DNA of 64,000 nt from the NCBI RefSeq assembly GCF_964204645.1, contig NC_134025.1, positions 10,788,001 to 10,852,000 of the forward strand. The letters are read 5' to 3'. A program made the translations under genes and the position numbers. Shown here piece by piece: positions 1-12,030 of the stretch (position 1 is the stretch's first letter; every line of letters begins with the position of its first letter). The notes under the pieces are model-generated. The model was not told where the DNA came from and made no database searches. It was given only the letters and a program-made list of their open reading frames with translations. The stretch is from Tubulanus polymorphus (taxonomy: Eukaryota; Animalia; Nemertea).

Positions 1-481
1 CAACAAAGTTTGCTAATAATTTGGTCGTCGGATTAGACTCAAAAAATTTTAGGTCACGGGATACATGGTCCAGTTTCTCGGCAAGCTTCTCCAGTTTTTT
101 TAGATTTAATGGCGAGGTAGGTACCTATACCGGCACCACCAGATGGTGCAACAAAACACTGGGTCATTCGTGGTGAAAATCAGTTCATTACAATTAAATT
201 TGAACTTGATTTTTAGGCTTCCAGATATGAAAATGATATATTGGATCTGAAGATGCTGAAAATTGATATACTAATGAGAAAAATAGATGGGAATTTAATT
301 GAAATTTAGAAGGAAATTGAAGCACGGTTACTCAGTAACACCACTAACTATCCTGGTGGATTATCGGTGAATCTTCGCTTCCCTCAGTTGTTGCCGGTAT
401 CCCAATGCATTGTCTGTCATATCTACGTACGGACCAATAGGCCTCTGACCTTTTTAGTTGCTAATAAATTAGTTCATAGGG

Positions 482-982
482 TAATGTCTATTTCAACCTG
501 ACTTGAGAGCATTCTGGGTGGCCTAGCTCACTAATTTTTGGTAGTACATACCTGATAAAGGTCTTAATAGGACCAGAAAGGACAGGCAGTTGACCTAAAT
601 CATCATTTTTTAATCCATTTGAAACTGTGTTGAAGGATATCCAAAAAGTCTTCACTGAAAGGGTTTAAATGAAGTGAAGTGACTCCATGATTTGAAAGTT
701 TAACAATATGTTTCCATGCCTACATACCAAACTTCAGTTGGTAGGCATGGAGACATATTGTTAAACTTTCAAATCATGGAGTCTCTTTTCTCTCAGGAAC
801 CCCTCTCAATGCATATTTTTTGGATATCCTTCAATACAGTTTCAAATGGATTAAAAAATGATGATTTAGGTCGACTGCCAATGCATTCTGGTCCTAATAA
901 GACTTTTATCAGGTATGTACCACCAAAACTGACTGAGGTAGGCCACCCTGTATGCTCTCAAGTCAGGTTGAAATAGACATTA
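482..982. mobile_element. ~500-bp foldback MITE, palindromic over almost its whole length, with TA at both ends (Tc1/mariner-like)
   Basis: TAATGTCTATTTCAACCTGACTTGAGAGC at 482 is the reverse complement of GCTCTCAAGTCAGGTTGAAATAGACATTA ending at 982. Pairing continues inward to a small loop near 725-738. Confidence 0.85.
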
Positions 983-1078
983 GTTGATTGGCTAATTTGT
1001 TGATGTTTTGATGCAACCAACCAGTTAGCAACTGTATTTGTGTATCTGATTAAAGAAAGAAGGCTCGTCTTGTTTCAG

Positions 1079-3146
1079 GATGCTATGACGCCTTATACCA
1101 CACTAGATGACGCTTTTTCCTCCATTTTCAATTATATGTCCATGTCGTCCAGGCAATGCAAGGTATGTTTACAATGATGATACGGTAAATTTCCTTCTGT
1201 TGTGTAACTACAGTAAACGTGACATCAGACATCACCACATTGACAGCTCAAACGCAATGACAAATTTGATAGGTAGACAGTCTTTTAAATCCCTCACCAT
1301 GTACCCCAATGCGGATGCAATGCACTAAAAATTGGTATAATATACAATTGATACACCGCATCAAAGTGTACATACCGTGAAAGGGTTACCTATTATGGAT
1401 ATACCAATTGTTTTTTTCGGGTTTAGGTATTTTTAGTTAGGCCTAATATGATTTGAATTGCACATTAAGCCTATTTTACCTTTTTAGCGATTTTACAACA
1501 GTTGTTCCAGTTCGAATAAGAATCGCCACGACAACGTTCACTGCAACCGATTTCACTCGGAATCTTATCGAAGAATCAACGTACAGAATCCAGTAAGTGC
1601 AATCAATTAAATTGCAAAATTTATGGGTAAAGCCACATGCCGGACTGCACTTGCAGTTAATACAGTATTATTGTACTGTATATGTGACCGTAGTCCTATA
1701 CCTAGCTCAGGTCAACTTACAACCCCAACTAGATCATTTTAAGAACAGCTGAGCAGTAATACACACGCGACTGTTGATTGTCGATTCATTTTCCTCACGA
1801 TCTTAAGAGCACTCGGGTTGACTATGACTCGATCATCGCCAGAGTCTCGTGGTTTGTTGACTCGTCATTATTTTCTATAAGTCATGTGACGCAATGCTCA
1901 TCACTGATTGGCTACGACGATAGATCCGCCGTAGGAAATAGAACTTGTTCTATGCGTGCGATTTGGCTTAAGATCGATCCTCGATCACGTGCGAGTACAC
2001 TCATGTCGAAAAAGTTCTCCGATTAAGAAATCGCAGATATGACTACGTGCGATGCAACGATCTGATCGGATCTTAGTCGACCTGAATTATGCTTCATCCT
2101 GTCTCATAAGAGAGATTTAGGGCCTATTATTATAACTCTAGAAGTTTTAGCTTAAACATGTGGGGTGAGTACTGTGGGTCCATGAGCCAGTTCCACACTC
2201 AGGCCATCCAAGGGATGACTAATTCGTTTCGCTCAGAGTAAAATACAGAAGACAGCTCTTGCCACAGCTCTTGCCTCGGAGCTGATTGTCTTTGATTATC
2301 GCCTGCCACAAAAAAATGTCTTAAAAGTCCCTACACTACCGCTAATTCATATAATGACGACCCATCATCGCATAGACTGTCTGGGGTGAAAGTTCATCGG
2401 TCCCATGAGATACGAGGCAATGTCTGTATAATTGAGAACTGTGGTATCGGAGCCCAGGACATGGTTCCCGTGGAACAGGGAAGTTGGGATAAACTTGGGA
2501 ATTTAGAAATGATAATTCCCAGTTTAGGAATTTGAGAAATGTTCCTCAAATCAGGGAAATATTTGGGCGTTTCCTTTACATTTCATGTATTGTGTTTACT
2601 AAGGCGGGCAATTTTTCTTTAGCAATTTCCCTTGAAAATCACCTTAATGTCAATCAGTCACCACTAAAGTGTTGACTGAAGTATGATATCTGTTCATTTT
2701 TATGAAGGCCCTTTTTTCATTGGAGAAAATTGAAAATTACCCTTGAAGTACTTGGAAAAAGCCTGCGAATATTTAATTCATGTAATGGTGGGAACCAGGA
2801 GTAGTCAATTAAACTACTGGGGCCGGTTGCTCAAAAGTTGGTAAGCGTTAACCAGTGGATAGTTGATATGGTGACAATTGAAATTTCATTGTTACTATGG
2901 TATTTAACGACCGGTTATCTTTAACCAACTTTTGAGCAACTGGCCCCCGGTAACTTTATATATAACAACTAAGTAATCAATGTTTTCTTCACTTTACAGT
3001 TGCAGATGGCCGAAGATGTACACGTCGTATTAGAACCAGGAGCTTACACGATCACGGCCGGTTCATGGGGAACACAGAATAAACAACAAACACACGTAGT
3101 CCGTATCAATGATAATCAATCCGTCGACTTAGACTTTGTGATTTAA
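1079..3146 (+). CDS. AKIP1: A-kinase-interacting protein 1-like (AKIP1/BCA3), last three coding exons; the 5' part lies left of 1079 or outside the window
   Basis: GT-AG exons 1079-1162, 1488-1592 and 3000-3146 join in phase 0: DAMTPYTTLDDAFSSIFNYMSMSSRQCK/RFYNSCSSSNKNRHDNVHCNRFHSESY.../LQMAEDVHVVLEPGAYTITAGSWGTQNKQQTHVVRINDNQSVDLDFVI*. These match the AKIP1 blocks I recall (AF..M..YM...S.QC..YY; PGTYSVT.G...THVV.V..GQSVDL.F). AATAAA at 3326-3331. A candidate upstream exon ends at 116 (GAG|GTAGGT). Confidence 0.85.
2460..2799. mobile_element. Decayed hAT-like non-autonomous element
   Basis: Imperfect terminal inverted repeats (TIRs) CATGGTTCCC...GGGAACCAGG; internal GGGAA-rich motifs resemble the 6565-6795 element. 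Confidence 0.45.
2819..2947. mobile_element. Short PIF/Harbinger-like MITE
   Basis: TIRs GGGGCCGGTTGCTCAAAAGTTGG...CCAACTTTTGAGCAACTGGCCCC; same TIR type as 26542-26680. Confidence 0.75.
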
Positions 3147-3574
3147 TATGAATATTTCATGTTTGGATGATTAAAAAGCGTGTTGTGCCTGGTGAGAGTT
3201 CAGTTAGTGAATATGAATGTCATTGTTTGGCTGTGTGGATAACGTTTGTCTGGAACCTGTGTATGCCTCGATCATTTTATAGAATGTATTCGAATATTTG
3301 AGTAGATTTGTAGGTTTTTTACGCGAATAAAATATTTTAATATATAATACGTATGGAAATGTAATTTGTGTTGCGCTATATTTTCAAATTATTTAAGTAA
3401 TGTCTTGCAGTCGAATTCTTGGCATTTAGGAACAATGGAACTGAGTTGAGGGATAACTGCAAATTTTGACCCCCTCTTCAAAATGGTCGTCATCCCCTCG
3501 GTGTGAAAAAATGGATCATAGGAACATGGAATTAGATAAGGAGTCTACAAACTACCTATGCCTATAAGGATGTA

Positions 3575-3716
3575 CAGTGGAACCTCGTTACAACGATTAC
3601 AACGAACTACAACGATTCAACGGATAAAACCGTTGTAAGGCAATTTCATTAATTTCATAGTGGATATAACGAACATTTTCTGGTCCCATGAAGTTCGTTG
3701 TAACAAGGTTCTACTG
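3575..3716. mobile_element. Tc1/mariner(pogo)-type MITE
   Basis: TA|CAGTGGAACCTCGTTACAACG...CGTTGTAACAAGGTTCTACTG|TA: TIRs plus a TA target-site duplication (TSD). Confidence 0.8.
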
Positions 3717-5864
3717 TACATCTCGAAAGGAATAACTATGTTGCTATCTATTCTCTGGAGCATAGATGGGCCCCTATTGTTGTTGGAATGCTTTCAAGAT
3801 TTTCGGTACATGATCATGAGGCTTCTGCGAAAGGATTGCACTTTTTCTTCCTTGTCTTTCTGTCAAAAAATGCCTTGGCATTATCCTTCAATACGATCAA
3901 AGGCCTTCAGCGCTCTTGGACGGCATCATTAGATCAAGACTTAGGTTCTGCTATGGTAGACCCAGCTTAATCCAGATACCGGTAGTTTGGGATCAATGAA
4001 ATCCATCTTGTTTACGAGAAATCCAGATTTAACTACATGTTAATGCATTATGTATGTGGACCATGAATAATATCTGGATTACTGTAGATAAAACTGATCT
4101 GGATTAAGACCACTAGACAAACTGCGCCAGTTTCCACAGAGAGAACCTGTCGCCAAAAGCACAGAGCAACAACAGGGAAGATCTCAGAAAGAGTTTTTGT
4201 TTCATGGCGTTCACTAGCACAATACAGTACAATCCCCTATTTTCTCGAGTAAAGTATACTTTTTTAGGCGAATTACATGCAGTTGAAATACATATTGTAG
4301 GGATCATATTTTGATGGACTTTCAGAGAAAATTGTTAATCCTTCAGCGTCCTGGATACTACCATGACATTCCAGGTTACATGACAAATGTAGGAGTTCCA
4401 AATAACATCCATATTAAAAACGTAGCCAATAATGAAAAGGCAAAAAGAGACTCATGATTAAGTAGATGGAGATTTTATTCCAAACACTTACTAAGTTATT
4501 AACATTATACTTGTACATGTAGCCAGTTGCATTTAGACATTGTTCGATTATTCTCTTAAGGAAACAAAAATATGGCTTTTTACGTAAGCAATCAGTTAAT
4601 GGTTTTGTATATTATCGACTTTATGGTGATATATACCTACCATGCCTACGCATCCTAATCTTCCAGTTATTTAGCTTCTTAGACAAGGATGAAATAATCG
4701 TTATATTGGAAAACAAACGCAAAAAAACATACCCTGCTTTGCGATGTACAATATTTGTGAGATTTACAAAATATCACAAAATTATCTATGAAGCTCCCTT
4801 AAATTGCAGAATCACATACTGTGTAAGTGGTCTTAAGGTGTCAGATTAGCGGTAAAGCTTGCTACACTCAAAAAGAAATAGCCACTGAAAATTTTTTGTC
4901 AGTGCTTTTGGAGGCAGTTATCTAAACTGGGGGACACTATACAAAATTATTCGCAAAGCATCTGCGATTACAGTTTTTGCACAGAAATTTGCACAGCGTG
5001 CGCAGGCAAACTTGACAAGCGATCCGTTGCATGCAAAAATCGTACCGAGCAAACTTGTTTGATATTTTTCCAAGGAAATTTCAGTTGTATGTGACCAAGC
5101 ATTATCAAATATGTTGAATAGCCAGATTCAGGCTACAAACATCAAAAGCTGCAACTCCAATTTCCTTGGCGTTATACACTATAAAGACATTGACTTTTCA
5201 ATGCGATAAACCACTTTCGATGTGACGGGTGAAATATAATTAAGTTTCCTGTAAGGTAAATATCCAAGCAAAGTATGCTTCACCGTAGGACACAAAAACA
5301 GTCCTTTAAATTAATTCACACAATGACCATAGACCTGCAAATGACTGTCCATGATATGATGACTTAAACAACACAAACCTAGATGAAGTAAACGGGCAAT
5401 AAAAATGACACGAAAAGGACTACACAAATAAAAATATCACAAATTTGTATAACTTCCCGCGGGACTTAAAAATGACTAACATTCGAAATGCAAATGTAGA
5501 TGAGTAAAAATATATGCAATGAGATCAGCAAAAATTGCTGATGCAACTTCACGGGTAAAACAGTAAAATAAACAAATAGCTTTTCAGAAGCAGCAACTCG
5601 AGATTAATGTTTTGTGCTCAACGAACGAAGGAAAAGTTCGACCTGTTATTTTCTATAGGCAAAATCTCAGGCCTCTAATCCAAGCCACATCATGTAGGAA
5701 ATCAGATAAGACAGACGCTTGGCTAGCAACAAGTCAACTGTCCAGTAGAAAATTGATAAAATTTTGTTCCACGGGCTAAATCTAACTTAAAAAAAAAAAA
5801 CAACAAAAACAGATTTACAAGATACGCTTTTGAGTTTTATGGCCACCAAAACAGCCACATACAC

Positions 5865-6316
5865 AAACTAGGGGGCCAAGAACACCATGCCCACTTGGTT
5901 AAATGTTTTTCGATTTGACAATCTTACAATTCAATGCCATCTGGTGAAGAAACACTGTAATCAATGACCTTAAAACTCGCCACAATCATAGAATATGTCA
6001 TGAGCTACATGATGGCCACCAATCACGTAAAAATTGACTGATCTGATGGTAGACCATTAGCAAGCTACATCTTTCAAAATTCAGACCAATATGACTATGA
6101 AGTGCTGATTTTGATGAATAACAATGGCCACCAGTCAGTTATTTTGATTTGGGTCAGGCCAGTTTTTTGGCTGCAGATGTGTTTAAAGTAGATACACGTG
6201 TAAACCAATATCAAGACAATCCTTTGAAGCATTTTCAAAACTTATCAAGATAATTGCAAATGGGCAAAAAGCGATTGCATGCCCGCTGGCACTAAAGTCC
6301 CAAGTGGGCTTGAAAA
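5865..6316 (-). mobile_element. Helentron-associated (HINE/DINE-like) non-autonomous element
   Basis: Ends are AAACTAG... and ...AAAA, with asymmetric sub-terminal inverted repeats GCCCACTTGG (5889-5898) / CCAAGTGGGC (6300-6309). Shorter remnants of the same type lie at about 11540-11670 and 16881-17000. Confidence 0.55.
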
Positions 6317-6564
6317 GAAAAGACAAATATACATTTACTGGCTGAACAGAAAATACAGTTAGTATATATACACAAACAATACATGCCCTGATACTGAGGA
6401 CAAAATACTGGCAGTATTCATAAGATGTTTTCAATTTCACAATTGATTTACAAGGGTAGCTCAATAGTAGAATCCCCCTTACTCGTTGATGTCTCTGAGA
6501 CAATAGTTATTTTCTCAGAGTTTCCTCGATATCGAGTTCAGAATCATGGAATGTGATAGTACAA

Positions 6565-6795
6565 CAGGGTGGCCACTTTCTTCAGGAAATTTCCTCTTCT
6601 TTAAAAGTCAGGGAATAATTGGGGGATTTTGTAAAAAAAAAGCTTAAAATCAGGGAAAAGTCAGTATAAAATCAAACAGTTCCTATGTTTTACATATTTG
6701 ACTGTGATAATTGATTGGCTTTCTTAGCACATTGACTCAGGGCAAACAACGTGTACATGTCAGGGAAAAAGGAAATATTAAAAGTGGCCATCCTG
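6565..6795. mobile_element. hAT-like MITE
   Basis: TIRs CAGGGTGGCCACTTT...AAAGTGGCCATCCTG; the flanks TAGTACAA / TAGTAGTA resemble a decayed 8-bp TSD. Confidence 0.65.
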
Positions 6796-7977
6796 TAGTA
6801 GTATAGTAATACAAAAAAAAAATATTTCAACATGAGCGGTTGACTGAGCGCTGAGTAAGGAGGAATCTACTGTACATGTAGTTGAATTTACAAGAATCTT
6901 GATGGAATATGAGTTAGCATTGATAGCATAGCACATTCAATGTTGACTAGATAGTACCGTACTGTTAACACTGCCTGATAAAGCGGCGTAAAAACCGGCC
7001 TTCATTCCAGGCCGTTCCCAATTATAGCGAAACAGTGTATAACTCATCAGCGGATTTTCACATCCTACAAATAACAGAGAAAGATCGATCAGCATTACGG
7101 CGATGTGAATATCATATACACAACGATATCCATTTGAATATAAGATCAGGATACTATTTCACAAACCAACTCGTCGCTTTAAACATTTCATTAACGTTAT
7201 GTGAATATTGATGACTACTCTGATAACACTTTAAACTCTATCCCCGGTTTCATGAAGGTGTAATAAACACGTTCGTGGTTTAGTTATCAGATAAAAAACC
7301 AATAAACGAAACAAGGAAAACGATTCCTTACAGTAGGGTAATTCTTAAATTTCAAAAAGCGATCGTCGAATCTCTTTATTATTAATATCAGTATCATTCT
7401 TGGCAAGAAGCAACTTATGTTTTACCATGCCCATCCATTACCTCCCATATGTAATAAAGAACTAAAATAGCACGAGTTGGTATGGGTGGTTTGAAACACA
7501 TCTTCGAATATAGCGCACAACATGCCCATTCAGCATACTCACGGTTCTACTGATGCTGCATGAATGAGAATACTTTTACGTGAAAACTCATATGGTGTTA
7601 ATTACTGTACTACAATACAATAACCCTACTTAATTCAAATTCAAATCCCTTGGGTATGGCGAAATTAATCCGATTTATAAAAAACCTCGATCAAACATCA
7701 TATTTTACATATATTTTATGTATGGGGGGACCGTATTAGATGAAAATCTGAATCAAAGCGGTTTCAATGCTCTTGACTATGTAAAACTGCAGTAGTGGTT
7801 TGCAGCTGTCGGCAGCAATTTCCAGCTAATGAAAATTGAATAGCCACAAGATAAATTTTTTCCCAGCTTTACGATATTCAGATTAGATCAACAGGGGTAG
7901 GATTTGAAAACCAAAAACCAATGATTAGGATTACGATGTTTGTTCCACTATTGTTCAATAGCCAGTGAGAAACATAC

Positions 7978-10445
7978 CTTTATGATTGAGTTTAATTGTT
8001 TCTCTAACTCCGAGATTCGTTTATCTTTGTCCTCGATTATCTGTTTTAAATGCTGATTTTCTAATCGTTCGTGTTGGAGTATCTGAAAGAGTAATTTACA
8101 CCTTAGTCAACAATCAAAGAATCAACTGAGTTTCAACCTGCTGGTTAAAGTTGAAAACAAGAGATTGATTGTTATAGATTTTAGGAACCTGTTTCAACGC
8201 CAGGATTTATAGACTAGAATTATCTTTAACCAATGGGTTCAATAACTCAATAACTAGTTAACCCCTGGGTTTAAGTTAAAGCTTGTTTGTAAAACCGGCC
8301 ACAGGAGCCAGAATCTGGTCCCAGGAAATATTCTAGTACAATGTATAACCAACCCTAAGGTCAACTCGAATATCAACACTGGATTAATTGAATAAACTTG
8401 GCCTTGAAATTTCGCAGATTAGTTTCCTGTCAGGCAGACGGACAAAAAATGGAATGTGACAGTCGCGCTTGTAGGGCATCGCATCCAGTGGGCTAAAAAT
8501 CGGCGTACCTTTTCGAGTTCTTCAGCTCGTGATAGAGGAGGATTTTTTCCTTCGGATGAATTCGACGAGCTCATTTTCGAATCGCCGCTGTCGCCATCTT
8601 TACACGACGAACTGACCCCCGAATACGGAGGTTGCGACCGTTGCGAAAAATGGACGCTTTTACCAGCGTCGGCTTCTGGTCGCCGTTCGCGATAACGAGA
8701 ATTGTGACCGCCCGTCTGCCAGGTTTCTCCGTCGCGATTGTAATTCAGCGACATTCTCGCCGGATCTGGCGACCGACCTCCACGCTGCGCCGGTCGATAC
8801 TGCGCGCACGGTAAGCACTGACCAATCATAGTGAGGTTCGTTTCCGACTGACTAACCGTGCTGTCATAGTCTTGATTATCTTCTAAATCAGCTTCAAGAT
8901 CCGATGGACTGAAAACAGCAATTGCTCATATTTTACTCAACCTTCGACCTGATAGATAATTTCAAGCGAACGAAAGAATCTTGCGTAACGATTTTTCAAC
9001 ACATACTAGGCCTATGGAAAAGCAACTTTTGAAATTTTATTACTTTTAAATGACTATCACAGAAACTGTTCATTTGACCGGGAATATTATATCTCATCCC
9101 AAGTTAGAATGTGACCTGGATAAATCCTCAACTTAATGATTGATATTTGAAAATATTGGCTTCAAAAACTGAACATGGTCCAGGAATAGGAAAACATTGA
9201 CATCAAAATTAATTCAGCATCATAATAGGCTTACCTTTTATTTCTACGAGGTACAAACTGTTTAACAACCCGATCCTGGAAAAGAATCACAGTTTTTGAA
9301 ACTCAATTCTCACTGTGGTGGCCTTCAATCGAATTTGACCAGTCGACATTAAGATTGTGAATCAGATACTCAATCCTTTGAGCTATGTAGTCAGATATGG
9401 GGCGACTTACCTCAGCTGCAAACTGATCATCATCGTCAAGCAATTCATTAATAGACGTGTTACGTTTGGTCTCTTCATCATCATCCAGAGAGTCACCAGT
9501 GCTCTAAAAAATAACGGTTACAAAAAGTAATTGAAGAGCACTGTGGACAAGAAGTTAGCAGAGCATTTGAATGATGTGAGGGTATTCAACATGGTAACAA
9601 ACTTTTGAGCAGCAACTGACAGGTTTATCCTATTCTATGTAATGTTACCCATACGCAGGGATCTTAGAGTGTGGCTGTATTCATTCATCAGTGTAATATC
9701 ATGGCAGTCAAGCATCAAATTTGCAAACCTTGCAAACCTAAAACATAGCTTTATTTCGGTGCTATCTGCTGCTATCTGTTACATTAACTCATAACCTAAA
9801 TCCAGGTCCCAATTGTATCGATATAGGGGCAGTCTACTGAAGATTAAGACTCCTTCAATCTTGATAAGTAGCTAGTATCTATTTCACAAAATATCGAAGG
9901 AGTTTTGTTCAAAAAAGACATTTCATTCAAATTAAAGGAGCACATTTACAACCATTATTTTTCGTTTTGAAGGAGTATTCAAGGAATCAAGGAGTCGTAG
10001 GGACCCTGCTTTGAAACCCCTCGGTGGAGCGCCTCTCTACTAGCAGGACTATGATACGTACTTCAGTAGAAGGTATGTGCACGACACCGGTACTGCGCCT
10101 TTTCTCGCGTAGTTTTCGTTTGTCTTTGACATTCTTCCCTTTGTGTAGATGATTCGGTCGGCCTCTTTTATCTTTCATCCTCGACAAACGGGTAGGCGAT
10201 TCATGTTCCCCGCCGCCGCCGCCACCACCACCGCCACAATCGTGGTGGTATTGGTGATGGAAATCGCAGTCCGCACCATTTTGATCGCCACCGGTGCCGC
10301 GTTCGGCCATATCTACCGAATCGCCTCCACCACCGCTTTTTACGTGTGATGAACTTCTGCCCCTCAATATTCGCATTCTGCTTCGGCGAGTCGGCTCAAA
10401 ATCTTCCTTATCCAAACTTTCTTGGCTAACGCTGCTTGATGCCAT
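7978..10445 (-). CDS. PAWR: PRKC apoptosis WT1 regulator (Par-4); five coding exons resolved, terminal exon uncertain
   Basis: Exons 10445-10062, 9503-9411, 9275-9235, 8908-8509 and 8082-7978 have GT-AG sites and consistent phases (341 aa). They contain the Par-4 signature KGKNVKDKRKLREKRRSTGVVHIP followed by acidic DSLDDDEE, and a C-terminal coiled coil ELEKILQHERLENQHLKQIIEDKDKRISELEKQL. Minus-strand AATAAA at about 4473-4478. Confidence 0.88.
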
Positions 10446-11879
10446 CCTACTTGTGACTGCGTTGAAGACAAAAGAAGTTGCGGTGGTTAGACGACTACTA
10501 GGTCACTTTTCCACAGTGTGTAGTGTATTTAATAAGGACTAAATTATGGTTATCGATGGTTGGTTCAATCTTATATCCATTAGGGACATCGTAACTGGTT
10601 TTATCTGTTTGAACAAACTTCCGGCGCCACAACCCAATCAGTGTTGGTAGTACATTCTTGATAGCTGTCTTCAAATAACTGGATGGGCAGCTGAACCAAA
10701 CCATCGATTTTCAATCCATTTCACACCGAACGGTTGTTTTGGTTCAAAAGTGATTTGCTGCAAATGGACTGAGTTTGTTCCACAATGACATTATTATGAT
10801 CTGTAGTCAGTAAGCAGACTGGCGTTTAAACCAAAAGGTAAACTAAAAAGTTTTCGCTTGTGATTTTATAACTTTTTTCTCATCACAAACTGAGGCCGGG
10901 TTGGGGCTTTGTTTGGGTCAAGTATAGTAGGTGTATACGGGATCAAAACTAATCTAGGCCTTCACCTCCAAACTAACCTCAACTGACCAACAACAATGAG
11001 AGCCCCTCCCGTTTCCAGTCTGTCTGTGACAATCAGGTACATAGGCCTACCGAATGTCCTCCATTCAAACATATTGAAATAGATATCAGTAATCTGATTG
11101 TGGTTTTTTTTCACAATTTCAATCGCATATTCACAGCCACAGGACACTGCCGGCCTTCACCAAGCACCTTTAGGGTCTGGTGTACCACAGACAATAAGAC
11201 ACGAACAACATTTTCTCAATACTATTAAATCACTGTGACTTTAAACCACCAGAGATCCAGTTTCGCTATACCAATTGTGAAAAATAAACTGTTATCACAA
11301 ACCTCACACATTCAGTTTTTTTATTATTTTATTCATTTGGAGGTTCCTTCATCATAGTCCGTGCTTGATGCGATATGAATACAGAAATAGCAAAATTGAC
11401 ACCATTTTTTCACTTTGAAACTTAGGCATTGCCCTGTAGTTCGTTAGCAACAAGACAACATGCGCGATGTGTGTCTCATCGCTAAACAGCGCATCATTTT
11501 TGTATCTTAAATTTAATCGTACTAAAATCAGATTTATCGGTAAAATGATATAATGGACAAACATAAGACGTCATAAGGTTAGTGTAAGGTTAGTGGTTGT
11601 TTATTTGCTGAGATATCGCAGTTTGAACACAGACAAAAATGCCCACTGAACTCCCAGTCGGCAAAAGTCACGCAAATTTGAGTGGGACATGTCTGGGTGG
11701 TTGGTTACACAAGAGGATGGTAGAGCGACGGAGATCACTGTGGATACAACCACTGCCAGGGCTGGGTGAACGCCGGCCTGGGTGAACGCCGGCCCTAATC
11801 AATTTATTAATTAAGAGGGTAGGCAAAATTAATTAGCTTGCCTACCACAACACAGCCACAACACACAAGTACGAATTAT

Positions 11880-12030
11880 CATTACCGCTTTTTTACTTTC
11901 TTAATTTCATTTTGTTATGGTAATTTTCGAAATTACTATACCTCACATTAAATAAACCCCACTAAAACAGCAGCATGAACGAACAAACGCAGCGGCTCAA
12001 CACAAAAACAAACCCGGAAGTGAAAAGGTA
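11880..12030 (-). promoter_or_regulatory. Probable PAWR promoter and non-coding first exon
   Basis: ETS-type CCGGAAGT at about 12015-12022; minus-strand donor-like AAGCG|GTAAT at about 11885 and acceptor-like TACAG at about 10801-10805, upstream of the ATG. Confidence 0.35.

Noticed and set aside
11761-11795. 17-bp direct duplication (CTGGGTGAACGCCGGCC twice)
   Set aside because: A simple slippage duplication in a probable intron, with no further structure.
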